Assembly (NCBI GenBank): GCA_946965045.2 | Contig: OX337234.1 | Coordinates: 2,728,001-2,792,000, forward strand | Length of the DNA stretch: 64,000 bases | Reading direction: 5' to 3' | Source: Epithemia pelagica | Lineage: Eukaryota > Protista > Bacillariophyta | Shown: piece by piece, positions 1-12,070 of the stretch | How positions within the stretch are numbered: position 1 is the stretch's first letter | How the letters are laid out: every line of letters starts with the position of its first letter | Program-made: the position numbers and the translations under genes | The notes under the pieces: generated by a model | Database searches by the model: none | What the model saw: the letters and a program-made list of their open reading frames with translations, nothing else | Told to the model about the DNA's origin: nothing

Positions 1-1287
1 ACAAGGCCAAGTTATGGATTCATGTGGGACCACCGAAAACTGGGACGACAACGATTCAATCAGAGCTCGCCGCGTTGCAACCGGAATTGAATAGGGATGG
101 GTATCAATACAGCAGTGGAGTCTTTGTGCAAAATAATCAACAGAGGTACTTTTTTGACCAAACTTGCCAGAAACAGCTCGCACAGGTACGATTCGAGGTT
201 CTTGCCTCACCACCCGATACGAATGTGACATCCTCGAAAGAGCGACAACTGCGCTTGTATCAGTCTCTTGTCCAAGTGCCCTGTTGGAAGCAGCGTTTGG
301 ACCTACTGAAATCATGGTCTGAGCAAGGGAAGCGTCATGTGATTTTGTCCAATGAGGCTATTGGCTTTCGCTGGATTCATTATCAGGGATTATCGCAACC
401 CACGCATGCGGACTGGATCTCTATCAAGGCAACCTTGGAACCCCTGTACGACATTCATGTCATTGTCACGTATCGTCGCTACTATGATTGGCTCGTGAGT
501 AGTGTCAACCATCAAAATCGATGGGTGCCCTCACATCCTCGACGCAACAAGTGGCCCGGTCGGCCACAAAATGGAAAACCACTCATCTCCTTGTACCCGG
601 CCATGCTGAATCCGGACCGCCAGAAACAAGTTTTGGACTTTTATCCGACGAGCGCCGTACTGCGCAACTTGGCACACTACTTTTCGGCGGAGGAACACAA
701 GTTGCACGTTTTGAATATGCACAATGACCATGGCGACGACAGTGGCCAAGGCAGGATGATTGAAAAAAGCATGGTGTCCACCTTGCTTTGTCGCCTCCTA
801 CCGGACACGCATTACGCCTGTCAAAAAAGCCGTGCCAAGGACAACCTCCCCGAAACGCGAGTGAATGCTCGTACGGACCACGAAATGGAGGAAATTGTCT
901 ATGATTTCATCGTCACGGGAGCTGCCCAACGAGGCTTGTTGGATATTCAGGGACGGAAGCGACACGAGGTGGCCTTGAAAGCACGACACTTTTACCAGGT
1001 TGAACGAAATCAAACTCTCTGGGATTCTTCCCTTTTCCTGTCCCACATGGGCCGAGGCCCAAGGACTACTCCAACAATCCTTGCACATGGAACAGCAAAT
1101 GGCCCACTTGTTTCACAATACCGACCCACTGGAAGCATTGTCCATGTTTAACTCAAGTCGAACGACGCAAGCCTTTCAAACCTTTGTCGGACAAACCAAA
1201 AAGTTGTGCACGGTCCATGTCCATCCATGTCTCGACGCCACGAGTGTCCACTCCATCCCGTGGCGGGAATTTTTTGCTTCCTTGTAG
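1..1287 (+). CDS. 5'-truncated P-loop/sulfotransferase-like protein with one frameshift at about 1025
   Basis: Motifs LWIHVGPPKTGTTTIQ, VILSNE and IVTYRRYYDWLVS. Removing one T from GATTCTT (1025-1026) joins QTLWD to LPFSCPTW...FFASL* (ORF 1000-1287). Confidence 0.6.
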
Positions 1288-2093
1288 TATAGTCGTGGTT
1301 GCACCGTCCGGTATCTTGGTGGCGTCGGCCCACGCCGGATGAAATGTGCTCCGCGTCATGCGACGTGGGGCTGGATGGGTATGCCTTGGACAGTGGAACG
1401 GATGGTGACTGCTCCGACAATCGACAGGCACATCCCAACAAGAGACGCAAAACAGCAGCAGCAGAACCGCCATGACAAATCCCAACAGCCACCACCAAAG
1501 GTGGCAGGAAGGCCCCTGCAGCTCACAACCATGATGTGTTGGAACAGGACACCACTCCTCTATAGTCGGAGAAACTCGACTGCTTCTTGTATACCGTCGA
1601 AACTCGTGGGACCTATACTTCATCCTTTGGTCTCGCAATTTTTCGCTCCTGGAAGACTTGCGCTAGCCTTTGTCGGATGACCAAACAACGTTTCGTAGAG
1701 GATTGCTTCCCCGAGCCGTGGTCCCATCCGTTCGTTCGGACCCAACTACTCCTCCAACTATATCCTTGGAGGCTATCTTTCGAGCTAAGTTAGCTACGAT
1801 GTATTGTCTCTGGGGGCTTTCTTCGCCCCCAATGATACTACCTAGTCTTTCCAGAGAACTTTGAAACGTAGAATGAATGATGATATTTGAGTCAACACGC
1901 GAGGTATTATTTGGCAAAGCATCCTATCTCATTTTTTTCTGGTCGTGGGTGTTGACCAAGAAAAAAAAAAAAAAAAAAAAAAAAAAGAGAGCCAAACTGT
2001 GAAGTGAACAACATCAGGGACGATACCAACGAAGCGAGCCGCAAGTCGATCCCTTAAAACAAACTGTATCCGCCAGACAAGGGCACGCCGCCG

Positions 2094-5000
2094 ATGGGGC
2101 GCGACGCGGACCCGCCATGGGCCATTCCGGCTGAGAACATGATTCCCATGGCCAAACCACGACCCAACTGCCAACCGAACGCCGATCCACCCCCGCCCAT
2201 CGGTTGGAAACACATACAACGCACGGCGGCCACAACATGGACCATGGAATCTCTCCATGGTCTTCGAAAAAACAAACAAAGCAAACAACGGCAGCCCTCA
2301 CCCCTTTCAACCCGTCACCATGGTAAACCCCAGAGCCCGAAAAAAGCCAAAAACACAGAACCCAACGGATACCCCGACTCGCCAAACGTGCTACGGAGTA
2401 AGGGCCCCAATCCCCCACGCAGCCACCGATGCAGCAAACCAAACAAGAGAATGACCAAGACAAGCCCACAAATGACCCTACCAGACAGCCGATCAACAAC
2501 AACAGGCCATCGACACGAAACCAACATTAAAGAACAAATGCACGTCGACAACTCCACCGTCAACGTTTCACTCCCCCGCTCAGGCACACACCCGCCACCA
2601 ACGACGAACCAAGAAACAACAACCAGGGCCACCGCCAAACAAATCGACGACATGGCCAGCAAGACACCAAACACCAAGCCCTCCATCTGCCCACCCATCT
2701 GCCCACCACCGACAAGAATGACCGGTCAACTAGATCAAGCCCTTCAACGAGTCATTGCTCAGTTACAAATGACCCGGCCAACAAACCAACCAAAAGGACT
2801 CGGCCACAAAACCAGTGAAAACCGAGTTTTTCACCCCAAGCTCTCAGCCGAAGCACCAACCGACCAGCCAAACTACCACCAACACCCGAAGATGCAAGTC
2901 CATTCGAAGCCCTCCTCCGGCCGCCGCCAGACCCGCTCCAAAAGCAACTTGACCGCCCTCAGTCCGCTCCCCCTCGTAGACACCAAACAGCACAGCACCA
3001 CCGCCGTCACCCCCGACCGCCGCAACATCAACAAAGAGAACAAAAAAACAAACAAAAAAACCACCGAAGAACCCACCACCGACATCCACACCGAGAAAAC
3101 AACAGTCACCACCCACGACACCAACGAGAAAAACACCAAAAACAACACCAACAACAACAACGACAAAACCACGGAGAAAACTAACACCAACAACAACCAA
3201 GACGGAAACGAACAAAACACGTACGGACACACGGAAGAGGAGACTCAGCCAACAACAAAGAACAAAACCAACCACGACGATACCACCACCACCGTCAACA
3301 ACGAACCAGGATCCAACAGCGAAGCAGGCACTCCAACAGCCAAGAATCCATACCTCCAACCCAAAACCGGAACAAAACGTCCCCCGTCGTCGGAACCAAA
3401 GACGCTGATTCACCTCCATGTGGCGGTGAACCACCACCAAAACCCCCAAATTGAGTCTACCCTTCCTAGACTTACGGAACAAGCCATAAAGACGCATCTC
3501 AACGAAGTCTTTTTCCATCATAGCAAACGGGAAGAGCCCATGTGGCTCCAGGTCCACTCCGTGGACTTTCTCGAGACCAAGCAATCTGGATCACGCCAAT
3601 TCAGGTCGGACAACCAGACGAGATCCACCAAAGGAAGCGGACACACCTCCACCTTCCATGTCACCCTTTCTCCGGCTCCAGCAAACGACGTCTTTGACAC
3701 CGAGATCTTTACCGAGCAAGGCCTACGTTTCGTTCTCCAAATGTGGCACAAACACCACAACGACGATTTTGTGTACGACGAGTTCGACTCACAAACCGTT
3801 CTCCGGCCAGGCACCAAACAATCCAATCCTACGATTAACCCCCGTTGGGACCAAATCAACGTGTACCAACCTGCATGCAACAACAGGACGAGCGACACCT
3901 TCGGCATTGTCGTCGGTGTGCCAGCTCAAACAATCAAACATCGACGGGCGGCCCTGGATCTGACAGGCGACATCCAGAACACCCTAACCCCCCATCTACC
4001 GCGCAAACTGAACTATCTGGATTTCTTCAACCACGTGGGATGCCGCACAGGAACGTTCAGCGGGGAACTGAAAAACAAACAACGTGGCCAAGTCCCGGCC
4101 ATTTACATCACGGCTTCGTTGCGAAACAACTTCGACGCCCTGCTTCGAAGCTACAACGCCTATCAGGCAGCAAATCGAAACACCGAACTCAAGTGGAACC
4201 ACAACAACATCCAAATCATCCCTATGCCAACAAGCCAAGCCAATCGGACGGCAACATTGGAAGCACTGAAGGATATCGACCAATTTTTCGGGGCCTGCGT
4301 TCGGATCAAACTGAAACCGATAAACCCAGAAGCCACCGACGGCGACTGGAAGCGACTACGACACCTACGTGAATTCGTGGCCGTCTTTCCCGAATTCAAC
4401 AATGAAGACCCAGACACGCAGTATTACACGCTATATTTGCGGAAGACGCCTGATACTCATTTGCTCACCACCAACACGATTAGACAACACCCCGACTTCC
4501 CGGAAAACATCTTGCTCCCCACCCTGGCAGCAGTAGCAGCGACACCTCCGAGACAACAAACCACCAACCAAGACCCGACAACTCCTTCCTCATCAAGTCA
4601 CACAAACAAACTCCTGGCCTTCACGAACCGGCTGCTACGCCGAAAACACAACAACTTGGAAGACAACACGGATGAGGCTGACGCCGACGTTCTCACAACA
4701 CCAACAACCAAACCAAAGAATCCCAATAGCCCACCGACCAACAAACGTAGCGCCTCCGCTATGCAACCAACCGACGAAGAAGCAAGCGACCCCTACGACG
4801 ACGGAACCGATTGGACACCAGTGGCAGCCCAAACAAACCAAAACCACTTCGCGGACCGAACTTCCCAAAACGACGACTCGAAACCTCCGGCCAAACGGAA
4901 CCAATTCGCCGCACTAGCGGAACAAACCGAAGACGAACAAAACAACGACGACCTGATGGACACTGAAGAATCAGACGACCACTCGCGGGCACTCATCGGT

Positions 5001-5285
5001 AGCGACGACAACCTAGACCCAGGAGAGGGCGACAACGAATTCTCTGCAACGACCATGCAAGAAATCGAACTCATTTTCAAGTACGTTGCACACAACAACC
5101 CTTCCCGCATCGAAGAAATGCGACAATTTTTAGAAAGAACAAAGTCATTTACGAATGACACAGACGCGCAAGATGCTTGGAGGTTTGCGCAGACTTTGGT
5201 ACAGTCTGGCAACCCCAACATCGCCGACTCGCGCACCGGCCATGTGGTCCCGCATGAAGATAGGGCCAAAGGGCCACATGAGTAA
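2094..5285 (+). CDS. ORF1 of the CRE-like element (1063 aa, low-complexity termini)
   Basis: Long ORF inside the element; its stop codon overlaps the ORF2 start region (ATG at 5278). Confidence 0.65.
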   Translation: MGRDADPPWAIPAENMIPMAKPRPNCQPNADPPPPIGWKHIQRTAATTWTMESLHGLRKNKQSKQRQPSPLSTRHHGKPQSPKKAKNTEPNGYPDSPNVLRSKGPNPPRSHRCSKPNKRMTKTSPQMTLPDSRSTTTGHRHETNIKEQMHVDNSTVNVSLPRSGTHPPPTTNQETTTRATAKQIDDMASKTPNTKPSICPPICPPPTRMTGQLDQALQRVIAQLQMTRPTNQPKGLGHKTSENRVFHPKLSAEAPTDQPNYHQHPKMQVHSKPSSGRRQTRSKSNLTALSPLPLVDTKQHSTTAVTPDRRNINKENKKTNKKTTEEPTTDIHTEKTTVTTHDTNEKNTKNNTNNNNDKTTEKTNTNNNQDGNEQNTYGHTEEETQPTTKNKTNHDDTTTTVNNEPGSNSEAGTPTAKNPYLQPKTGTKRPPSSEPKTLIHLHVAVNHHQNPQIESTLPRLTEQAIKTHLNEVFFHHSKREEPMWLQVHSVDFLETKQSGSRQFRSDNQTRSTKGSGHTSTFHVTLSPAPANDVFDTEIFTEQGLRFVLQMWHKHHNDDFVYDEFDSQTVLRPGTKQSNPTINPRWDQINVYQPACNNRTSDTFGIVVGVPAQTIKHRRAALDLTGDIQNTLTPHLPRKLNYLDFFNHVGCRTGTFSGELKNKQRGQVPAIYITASLRNNFDALLRSYNAYQAANRNTELKWNHNNIQIIPMPTSQANRTATLEALKDIDQFFGACVRIKLKPINPEATDGDWKRLRHLREFVAVFPEFNNEDPDTQYYTLYLRKTPDTHLLTTNTIRQHPDFPENILLPTLAAVAATPPRQQTTNQDPTTPSSSSHTNKLLAFTNRLLRRKHNNLEDNTDEADADVLTTPTTKPKNPNSPPTNKRSASAMQPTDEEASDPYDDGTDWTPVAAQTNQNHFADRTSQNDDSKPPAKRNQFAALAEQTEDEQNNDDLMDTEESDDHSRALIGSDDNLDPGEGDNEFSATTMQEIELIFKYVAHNNPSRIEEMRQFLERTKSFTNDTDAQDAWRFAQTLVQSGNPNIADSRTGHVVPHEDRAKGPHE

Positions 5286-8200
5286 TCCAACCACAAAACC
5301 ACCCAAACACTGTCCCGTGCCAGATTGCCCGTGGAAAGTGCCCCCATTGACAACCAACCCCCAAGCATCACTCAAACAACACCTCATCACCGAACACAAT
5401 GAAACCCATCCATCGGATTACCTCACCCCAACCCTATGCACCCAATACGGCCTCCATCCATGTCCGACATGCGACACTCCCACTGCCATCTTCGCCACCG
5501 AAGGCCACCTTAGAAAACACGTAACAAAAAAACATAGTAGGTCAAAGACGAACATCGACTTAGTCCTACAAACCTACCGACATTCTACACCAGAAACAAC
5601 GGCAAACTGGAAAAACAGCCTAGCTTACATCCACAAACTACAAATATCCCCACCGCCCTTCCGTCGGAGCCTCTGGCACAAGCTTAAGCCACCGCTCAGG
5701 GCTGAATTTTATGCCACCTACAACAACGTGACCAATTGGATACTTGAAGCCACATCGCCGCTTGCGCCAACCATTCTGAAAGACGAACGGCCACCCGCCT
5801 ATGACGTCGACGCCACCCCATTCTGGAAACTGCTCATCCTCCTAGAGCCGTTGCTCCTTGCACCTATACAGGGCACAGTGCACCTCACCCATTCGAACGC
5901 GTTCAGAGCAAGACTTTCGCTGCTGAAAGCGGGCAGGATTGAGGAACTCCATAACATGATATGGAACCCAACACCTTTGCCAAACACAAGAACAACAAAC
6001 AACAAAAAGAAGCGACAAAACCAAAAAAACAAACAACAACATCAGCCGACTGACCCATTGCCTTCATGGCGGCTAGCCTCCGCGCAACAACTGGCAGACT
6101 TAGGCAACTACCGAGCAGCAGTGAAAAGACTCACAACCAACACACCACCTGCAACCTTGACAACGGCACGAATCGACAGATGCCAAAAACAACTCTTCCC
6201 TGAAAGACGACAGCCACCGCCGGCGACAAGAGCGCACGGTCACACAAATATGCCTCCACCGGCAGCACAATACCTGAAACTACAAGATAAACAGTTTGAG
6301 TCAGCACTCCGACAAATGAAACCGGGCACGGCCTCAGGACCGTTCGCCACGTGCACAGACATCCTCGTGTCTATGGCAACATACAAAACAACAAGCGCAC
6401 CCGACGCAACACGGCCATACTTTCACAACATAAAAGCCCTGATCCAACTCGTGGTGACAGGACAAATACCAACCTCTGTACAACAAATCCTCGCAAGCAA
6501 TTATTTCCTTGCCTTACACAAGGACATGGCAAACCTGGAAAGACTGCGACCGATCGGCATCGGCACAGCCATACGAAGAGTAGCGGCCAAAGCCGCTCTG
6601 GTGCATCTCACCGACGACATTCGCCCCCTCCTCTTGAAAGGAGGCCAATACGGGATACAAGTCCCCGGGGGGGGTTGATTTTGTGGCCCAAACAACCGCA
6701 ATGGCGGTTAAACAATACATTGACAAGACTCATGATCTGGAAAACGATCTGGAAAACAACACAACAGAAAACAACACAACCGAAAACAACCAGCCAACAA
6801 CATCTCCAAGCCGGGCTCTCGTCATGCTAGACCTGGCAAACATGTTCAACAATGTCAGCCGAACCGAAGCAAGAAAGATTTTGTTAGAGAACGAAGCGAC
6901 AACACAATTGGTCCCCCTTTTCGACCTACTAACCAAACATACCTGTAACCAATGGTACTTTGATGACAACAAAGCGGCCAACTACCTCACATCAACCGAC
7001 ACTCCAATCCCACTCGTTCACCAACGAGAACTGTCGAACTGGAAAGAAAGTACCAACGAATACATGACAACCTTCCGTAAGACTCTGTCACTTTTTGCAA
7101 ACGAATACGCAGAAGAGAGCTTATACGTACCAACGAGGTATGATCACACAACACACAATCGCCTTTTGAACCACACTGTGCAAGAACACACAATCCCAAA
7201 ACTATTCACAGAGACCGACCCAAAGCAGCGAATCTTTTTGCCCGGCTTACTTTCGCCCCTAACGAGTATGGCTCTCTCTCTTCCACTCACCGCAACCAAA
7301 TTCCGTTTCCCAAACAGTGTCTTCCGAACCGCCATCAAACGGAAATTAAGATTGCCTTTGTTCGTCCGAGACCCCACACAATCCTGGCCCCAACGATGTC
7401 GCTGCTCAGCCACAAAAGAGATCGACCCAATGGGTGACCATCTGTACTCCTGCACCTCTGCTTCCAAAACACCTCTTTCAAATGCCATCAGAGACACACT
7501 CTACGACATTCTCCGCCAAATCGCTCCCGCAGCCGAAGCCGTCGACACTCCCCATGATGTCCACATCGAACCCCCAGGTTTGACACCACAACACCAAAGA
7601 AACATTAGACCAGCCGACGTCGGTATGCTCCTGTCCAAGCCGCACAAAAACTCACCGTTTCAATACGTCGCGATTGACATTACTATCCCACCTCCCCAGC
7701 AACCCCAAACCATTCTTGACCCGTCCGACCACAACACACTCGCCACTTTGGCATCTAGGACGCATCAAGAAGCGGCAAGGGCCAAGTTTTGCCGAGACCC
7801 CGAGACATCAAAACACCTTCTCCACAATGGCATATACCTTCTACCTTTTACGGTAGACCATCTTGGAGCGCTTGGTTCTTTCGCCGACCGTCTCCTTTTT
7901 CCATCAATTTCTCAACCACATTTGTTCTCAACGACACAACCACCACCTTGGACCAACGCCTTCTTCGGCAAAGACGAAAGACGAAGCAAAGCACATCCTG
8001 CGGCATACAGACTCTTTCAAGAAGCGTCAGACGCACCAAGCAACCTCTTTACCGCCGCCAACAGCAAAACAAAAAAATTCTCTTACCCAGAAGCCCATAT
8101 CTACTCAATCGGGCACTATGCAAAAGCCTCCCTTGGCCATGCAATCGTTTCGGCACTGGCAACTCATGCCAATACCAACATCGCCGCAATACGACAACAC

Positions 8201-8350
8201 CAAACAACACGAAAAACGAGAACCACTCAGTTGCAAAATCTGGCTACACCATGTTTTGCTCCGGTCACTCCCATCTACTCCCCCGCACCTCTGGCACAGT
8301 TCCTCAGTGTCACGGACGAAACACCCCTCCTTTGCGTACCCACCGCTTAG
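5278..8350 (+). pseudogene. ORF2 of the CRE-like element: zinc fingers, truncated RT, CCHC knuckle and RLE
   Basis: HCPVPDC..HLITEH, CPTC..HVTKKH, RLRPIGIGTAIRR, QYGIQVPGG, LDLANMFNNVSR, CRC..DHLYSC, RPADVG..IDITI. Frameshift in a G8 run (6667-6674); QG and YxDD motifs absent. Confidence 0.8.
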
Positions 8351-8438
8351 GAGTCCATTTGTTATAGACCGTAAAATAGTAAAAAAAAAAAAAGAGGACA
8401 CAAGTCCACACTACTGTTGTGTTCGTCGTCATGACACC

Positions 8439-11400
8439 ATGGCGGTTTCGATGCGAAGCAATGCGGTAAGGTCGTCGTCCAACAACTACTACTACTCCGA
8501 GTTCGACGAGTACCACCACTATCTTTCCTCCGATGGAGAAGGAGAACCACGAATCCGTCCGTCGCGACGTCACGAACAACCTCCCGTGTCGTCGGGACCT
8601 TTGCCACACTCGTTGGCGGCGGCCGTGTCTCACCATCCCAATCACACGCAGCAGCACCACCGTCCTCCTCCTCCGGTAGGTCGTCGTCGTGGTCGGCGTC
8701 CTCGTCGTCCTCGTCGTCGTCCTGGAGACGACGAGTGTCTTCTGTGTGGCTGCAATCCACACGATCCCCTCTTGTATTGGGTCTTTGTCTCCTTCTTGTG
8801 TGTGGGAACCTGTATTGCGTTTGTGGTGGTATGGAATGCCGCTCCCCGCCATTACTACTCCACCGTTCGCTACCAAAGACACGAGGATTCGGTGCTTCCG
8901 ATCCACCACGTTCACTCGAATCGAACTCCGATGTTTTTGACTCCACAACAGCAACAAGAACAACTCGAACACCAACAACAACTCGAAAATCAACAACAAC
9001 AAGTCGAAAACCAACAACAACAACCAGCACAAGCACTTCGGCCCTTGCCCATTGTCCGAGTTCGCCATGGTCAAACGCCCAAAATCAAGGTTCGCCTGGG
9101 GACGGGTACCACGGGCAATACCAGCCACCATAATCCTCCTCCCACGGCACCACCGACGGTCGAGTCCCTGCCGCAAGACACGTCACCCATTATTCATGCA
9201 TCGTCATCGTCCTTGGTGGATGAATCCTTGTCGTCGTCTCATGGATGGTCATACTGGACATCCTGGCTGTTTGGATCGTCGTCGTCGTCACCCTATTGGC
9301 CCGACTCGTTGGTCGAAGGTGTTCCCGGAGAAGTGGCCGACCAAGCCTATCTGCAAACCTTGGTCGACTTGGAACGACGCATCAATACCTTGTACCCTAC
9401 CGCCAAAGAACAAGCACAAGCACCACCGCAGTCATCGTCGTCGTCGTCGTCGTCGTCGTCGTCCACAAGCCTCGTTTCCTGCCGCCGTGTCCCCTATTCC
9501 AACCCAACTGCCACGGACCGTACCAACAATCGCACGGATGATTCGTCGTCGTATTTTTATTATTCCACCAATCCCATTGACTCGTGTCGTCCTCCCAAAC
9601 CAAAAGCATCCTTGCAGGGCACCACCACCACCACCAAGGGGGAACCATTGTCGTCGTCCTCCTCCTCCCAGGACCAAAACCACAATTACCAGGGACCCTA
9701 TTATTATTACAATCCACTGCCCCACACGGCTCGCATTGTGTGTGATCAAACCATTCCGCCCCAACAAGCCGTGCTGTTTGAGCAATTGTGTCCGGAACCC
9801 GTGACGGGCCGATTGTTTCCTCGGATTCCCACGGCGACGTCGGGCCTGGAACTGATGCCTCCGATTGTTACTCGCTTTGATCATGTTCGACCCTTTTCCA
9901 AACCCGCCAAACTACAAAAGGATTGTGACGTGCCGTGTTTGAGTCGTGGCACCATGGCCTTGACGTCGTATCGGTACATTGAAGGGACGAATTGGAAAAT
10001 TATCATGTCCATGGAAGGTCCCGTGTATTATCCCGAACTCAAGGTCGATCCCATGGCCTGGAAACAACATCAATTTTATTCCACCACGTCCTTGCAATCG
10101 GAAATTCCCATTCCCTACTTTTCGCACACGGATTATCCCATTTTGGATTCCACACCCGTCGATTTTACCAAGGCCATTCGGGGTGCCGTCTTTGTCGCAC
10201 GCAATTGTGTGAGTTCCAATCGTCGCGAACAATTGGTGCGGGAACTCAAGGCCTTGTCGTCGTCCAAGAAGGACGATCGTGTCGTTCGCATTGAATCCGT
10301 CTCGTCCTGTGAACACAATGCCGAATTACCGGCCGGGGCCGACGTGTCGGATAAGCAGAGTATATTGAACAAGTACTTGTTTGCCTTGGCCTTTGAAAAT
10401 CAATGCGCCACGGATTACATTACCGAAAAACTCTGGGGTGCTTTCATGGCGGGCACTGTCCCCGTCTATTATGGAGCGCCCAATGTTCGCGACCATGCCC
10501 CGCCCCATTCCCTCATTCTCGTGGACGACTTTGCCACGACACAAGCCTTGATGGAGTATTTGGAACAAGTCGCGTCCAATCAAACCCTGTACGAGTCTTA
10601 CCATGCCTGGCGGTACCAATCCCCACAACCGTTTGGGACCAAATTCAATTTTACGCACACTCATGGGACGTGTCGTACCTGTCGATGGGCCTATGCCCGG
10701 TTGTATGGATTGGGATGGAATGCCGTTCGTCAACAAGTCCAAGATGTCCGCATTCCACGCCAAACCTGTGTCCAGGCCACGACAGGGTTGTTGCAACATC
10801 CCGCCACGGAACAATGGATCCATGCCTCGACCGGTACCACACTCCCGGCGACTCGATGGAAGAAAACAACAAGCCCCCAACCACAACAACAACAACAACA
10901 AGACCAGCACAACAAGAAAACAATGCACACGACCACAAAGATCCACACCAACACGTCCACAACCCTGGCAAGTCAAACGGCCAGGTTTCTCAACACCGAG
11001 CAGCAGTGTCTCGAAGGAACCCTGGCTCAAGACAAGATTACCTTGGACCTGGATCCTCACCATTCACAACAGGGAGGAGGAAACGTTACCAAGGCTTCTG
11101 TAGGGGCCAAACTGGTCCGTGTCGTACGTCAAGTCGATGGTGTCATTGATATGGAAGTTTATGCCGTCCATCCAAATGCCTCCTCCTCCTCGTCCTCCTC
11201 CTCGACTGTCGATCCTCTGGTTCAATTGCATTTGCGCGTCTCGGCCTTGTCGGCATCAAGAGCAAGCTTTGCCCGTCTCCAACGAGGTCGAGGACGATTG
11301 CAAGATGGACTCTCTCGCATTACCATTCTGGCCTCGCCCAAGACGGTGACGGTTTCGGCCAAGGCCAATGTGTTGATTGTCAGCAAACTCGTCTTTCCCC

Positions 11401-11522
11401 TACGGTTGCGCATCATTTCCGAAGACGTGGATACCTTCCATCAAGGAGCCGATCAAGTGGACAATTACTTTGGCAGTGTCATGACCGAAGACTTTTACCA
11501 TCCCGTCGAAGTGTTTCATTAA
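8439..11522 (+). CDS. GT10 alpha-1,3/4-fucosyltransferase, type II membrane protein
   Basis: Motif YLFALAFENQCATDYITEKLWGAFMAGTVPVYYGAPN and an N-terminal TM segment. The likely ATG is 8439, because the upstream part of the computed ORF lies in the retrotransposon. Confidence 0.85.
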   Translation: MAVSMRSNAVRSSSNNYYYSEFDEYHHYLSSDGEGEPRIRPSRRHEQPPVSSGPLPHSLAAAVSHHPNHTQQHHRPPPPVGRRRGRRPRRPRRRPGDDECLLCGCNPHDPLLYWVFVSFLCVGTCIAFVVVWNAAPRHYYSTVRYQRHEDSVLPIHHVHSNRTPMFLTPQQQQEQLEHQQQLENQQQQVENQQQQPAQALRPLPIVRVRHGQTPKIKVRLGTGTTGNTSHHNPPPTAPPTVESLPQDTSPIIHASSSSLVDESLSSSHGWSYWTSWLFGSSSSSPYWPDSLVEGVPGEVADQAYLQTLVDLERRINTLYPTAKEQAQAPPQSSSSSSSSSSSTSLVSCRRVPYSNPTATDRTNNRTDDSSSYFYYSTNPIDSCRPPKPKASLQGTTTTTKGEPLSSSSSSQDQNHNYQGPYYYYNPLPHTARIVCDQTIPPQQAVLFEQLCPEPVTGRLFPRIPTATSGLELMPPIVTRFDHVRPFSKPAKLQKDCDVPCLSRGTMALTSYRYIEGTNWKIIMSMEGPVYYPELKVDPMAWKQHQFYSTTSLQSEIPIPYFSHTDYPILDSTPVDFTKAIRGAVFVARNCVSSNRREQLVRELKALSSSKKDDRVVRIESVSSCEHNAELPAGADVSDKQSILNKYLFALAFENQCATDYITEKLWGAFMAGTVPVYYGAPNVRDHAPPHSLILVDDFATTQALMEYLEQVASNQTLYESYHAWRYQSPQPFGTKFNFTHTHGTCRTCRWAYARLYGLGWNAVRQQVQDVRIPRQTCVQATTGLLQHPATEQWIHASTGTTLPATRWKKTTSPQPQQQQQQDQHNKKTMHTTTKIHTNTSTTLASQTARFLNTEQQCLEGTLAQDKITLDLDPHHSQQGGGNVTKASVGAKLVRVVRQVDGVIDMEVYAVHPNASSSSSSSSTVDPLVQLHLRVSALSASRASFARLQRGRGRLQDGLSRITILASPKTVTVSAKANVLIVSKLVFPLRLRIISEDVDTFHQGADQVDNYFGSVMTEDFYHPVEVFH

Positions 11523-11673
11523 GTGTGGTACGAATGTTCCCTGGGTTTGTGGAGAGTCGATACCCTTGAAACACTCTTTCCTGCCGTGATGGTGTGTCCC
11601 GCTCGATGTTCCTTTGGCAACGGAATGGTCCCTTCTCCTACTCGACCAACTGGATGGTCCAGTCGTGCGGTTT

Positions 11674-11891
11674 AACGACAACAATATCTTTTCATTCATG
11701 GAATGTTTTCTTTGGGAATGGCGTTGATGGACGAAATCTCAACCAGTCGGTCCTCGGATCAGACCGTGAGCTATCCTAGGACATCCCCGAGTAACAACAG
11801 CGTCTATTCATTCATGGAATGTTTTCTTGGAATGGCGTTGATGGACGAAATCGCATTCCCTCTCGTCAGACCGAGAGGTATCCTCGGACTA
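11674..11891. repeat. Degenerate two-copy tandem repeat, period about 116 bp
   Basis: TTCATTCATGGAATGTTTTCTT...GGAATGGCGTTGATGGACGAAATC...TCAGACCG occurs at 11691 and 11807. Confidence 0.8.
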
Positions 11892-12070
11892 TTGGCTCCC
11901 AGATTTGCCGTCTGCGACAGAGGACTCGCAACACCATACTCCTAGTTGACGAACACAAGTACGTTCTTCTGGCCAGTGATCAAATGGAGGTTAGGTACTC
12001 GTAAAGACATATGCGACAGTACTATATACGATCCATTATTTCAAGCTATCACTATTGACGAAATTTCATT

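Larger units (their letters stand above)
1990..8380 (+). mobile_element. CRE-like non-LTR retrotransposon (RT + restriction-like endonuclease), internally deleted
   Basis: Two ORFs; ORF2 has C2H2 fingers, N-terminal RT motifs and a CCHC+RLE module. Both flanks read A-tract+GAG (1961-1989 and 8381-8396). A/C-rich sense strand. Confidence 0.8.

Noticed and set aside
7863-8438. N-terminal 192 aa of the 1219-aa ORF
   Set aside because: Alternative frame of the retrotransposon 3' end; the real start is probably 8439.
11674-11891. CRISPR-like repeat
   Set aside because: Only two degenerate units, eukaryotic context, no cas genes.
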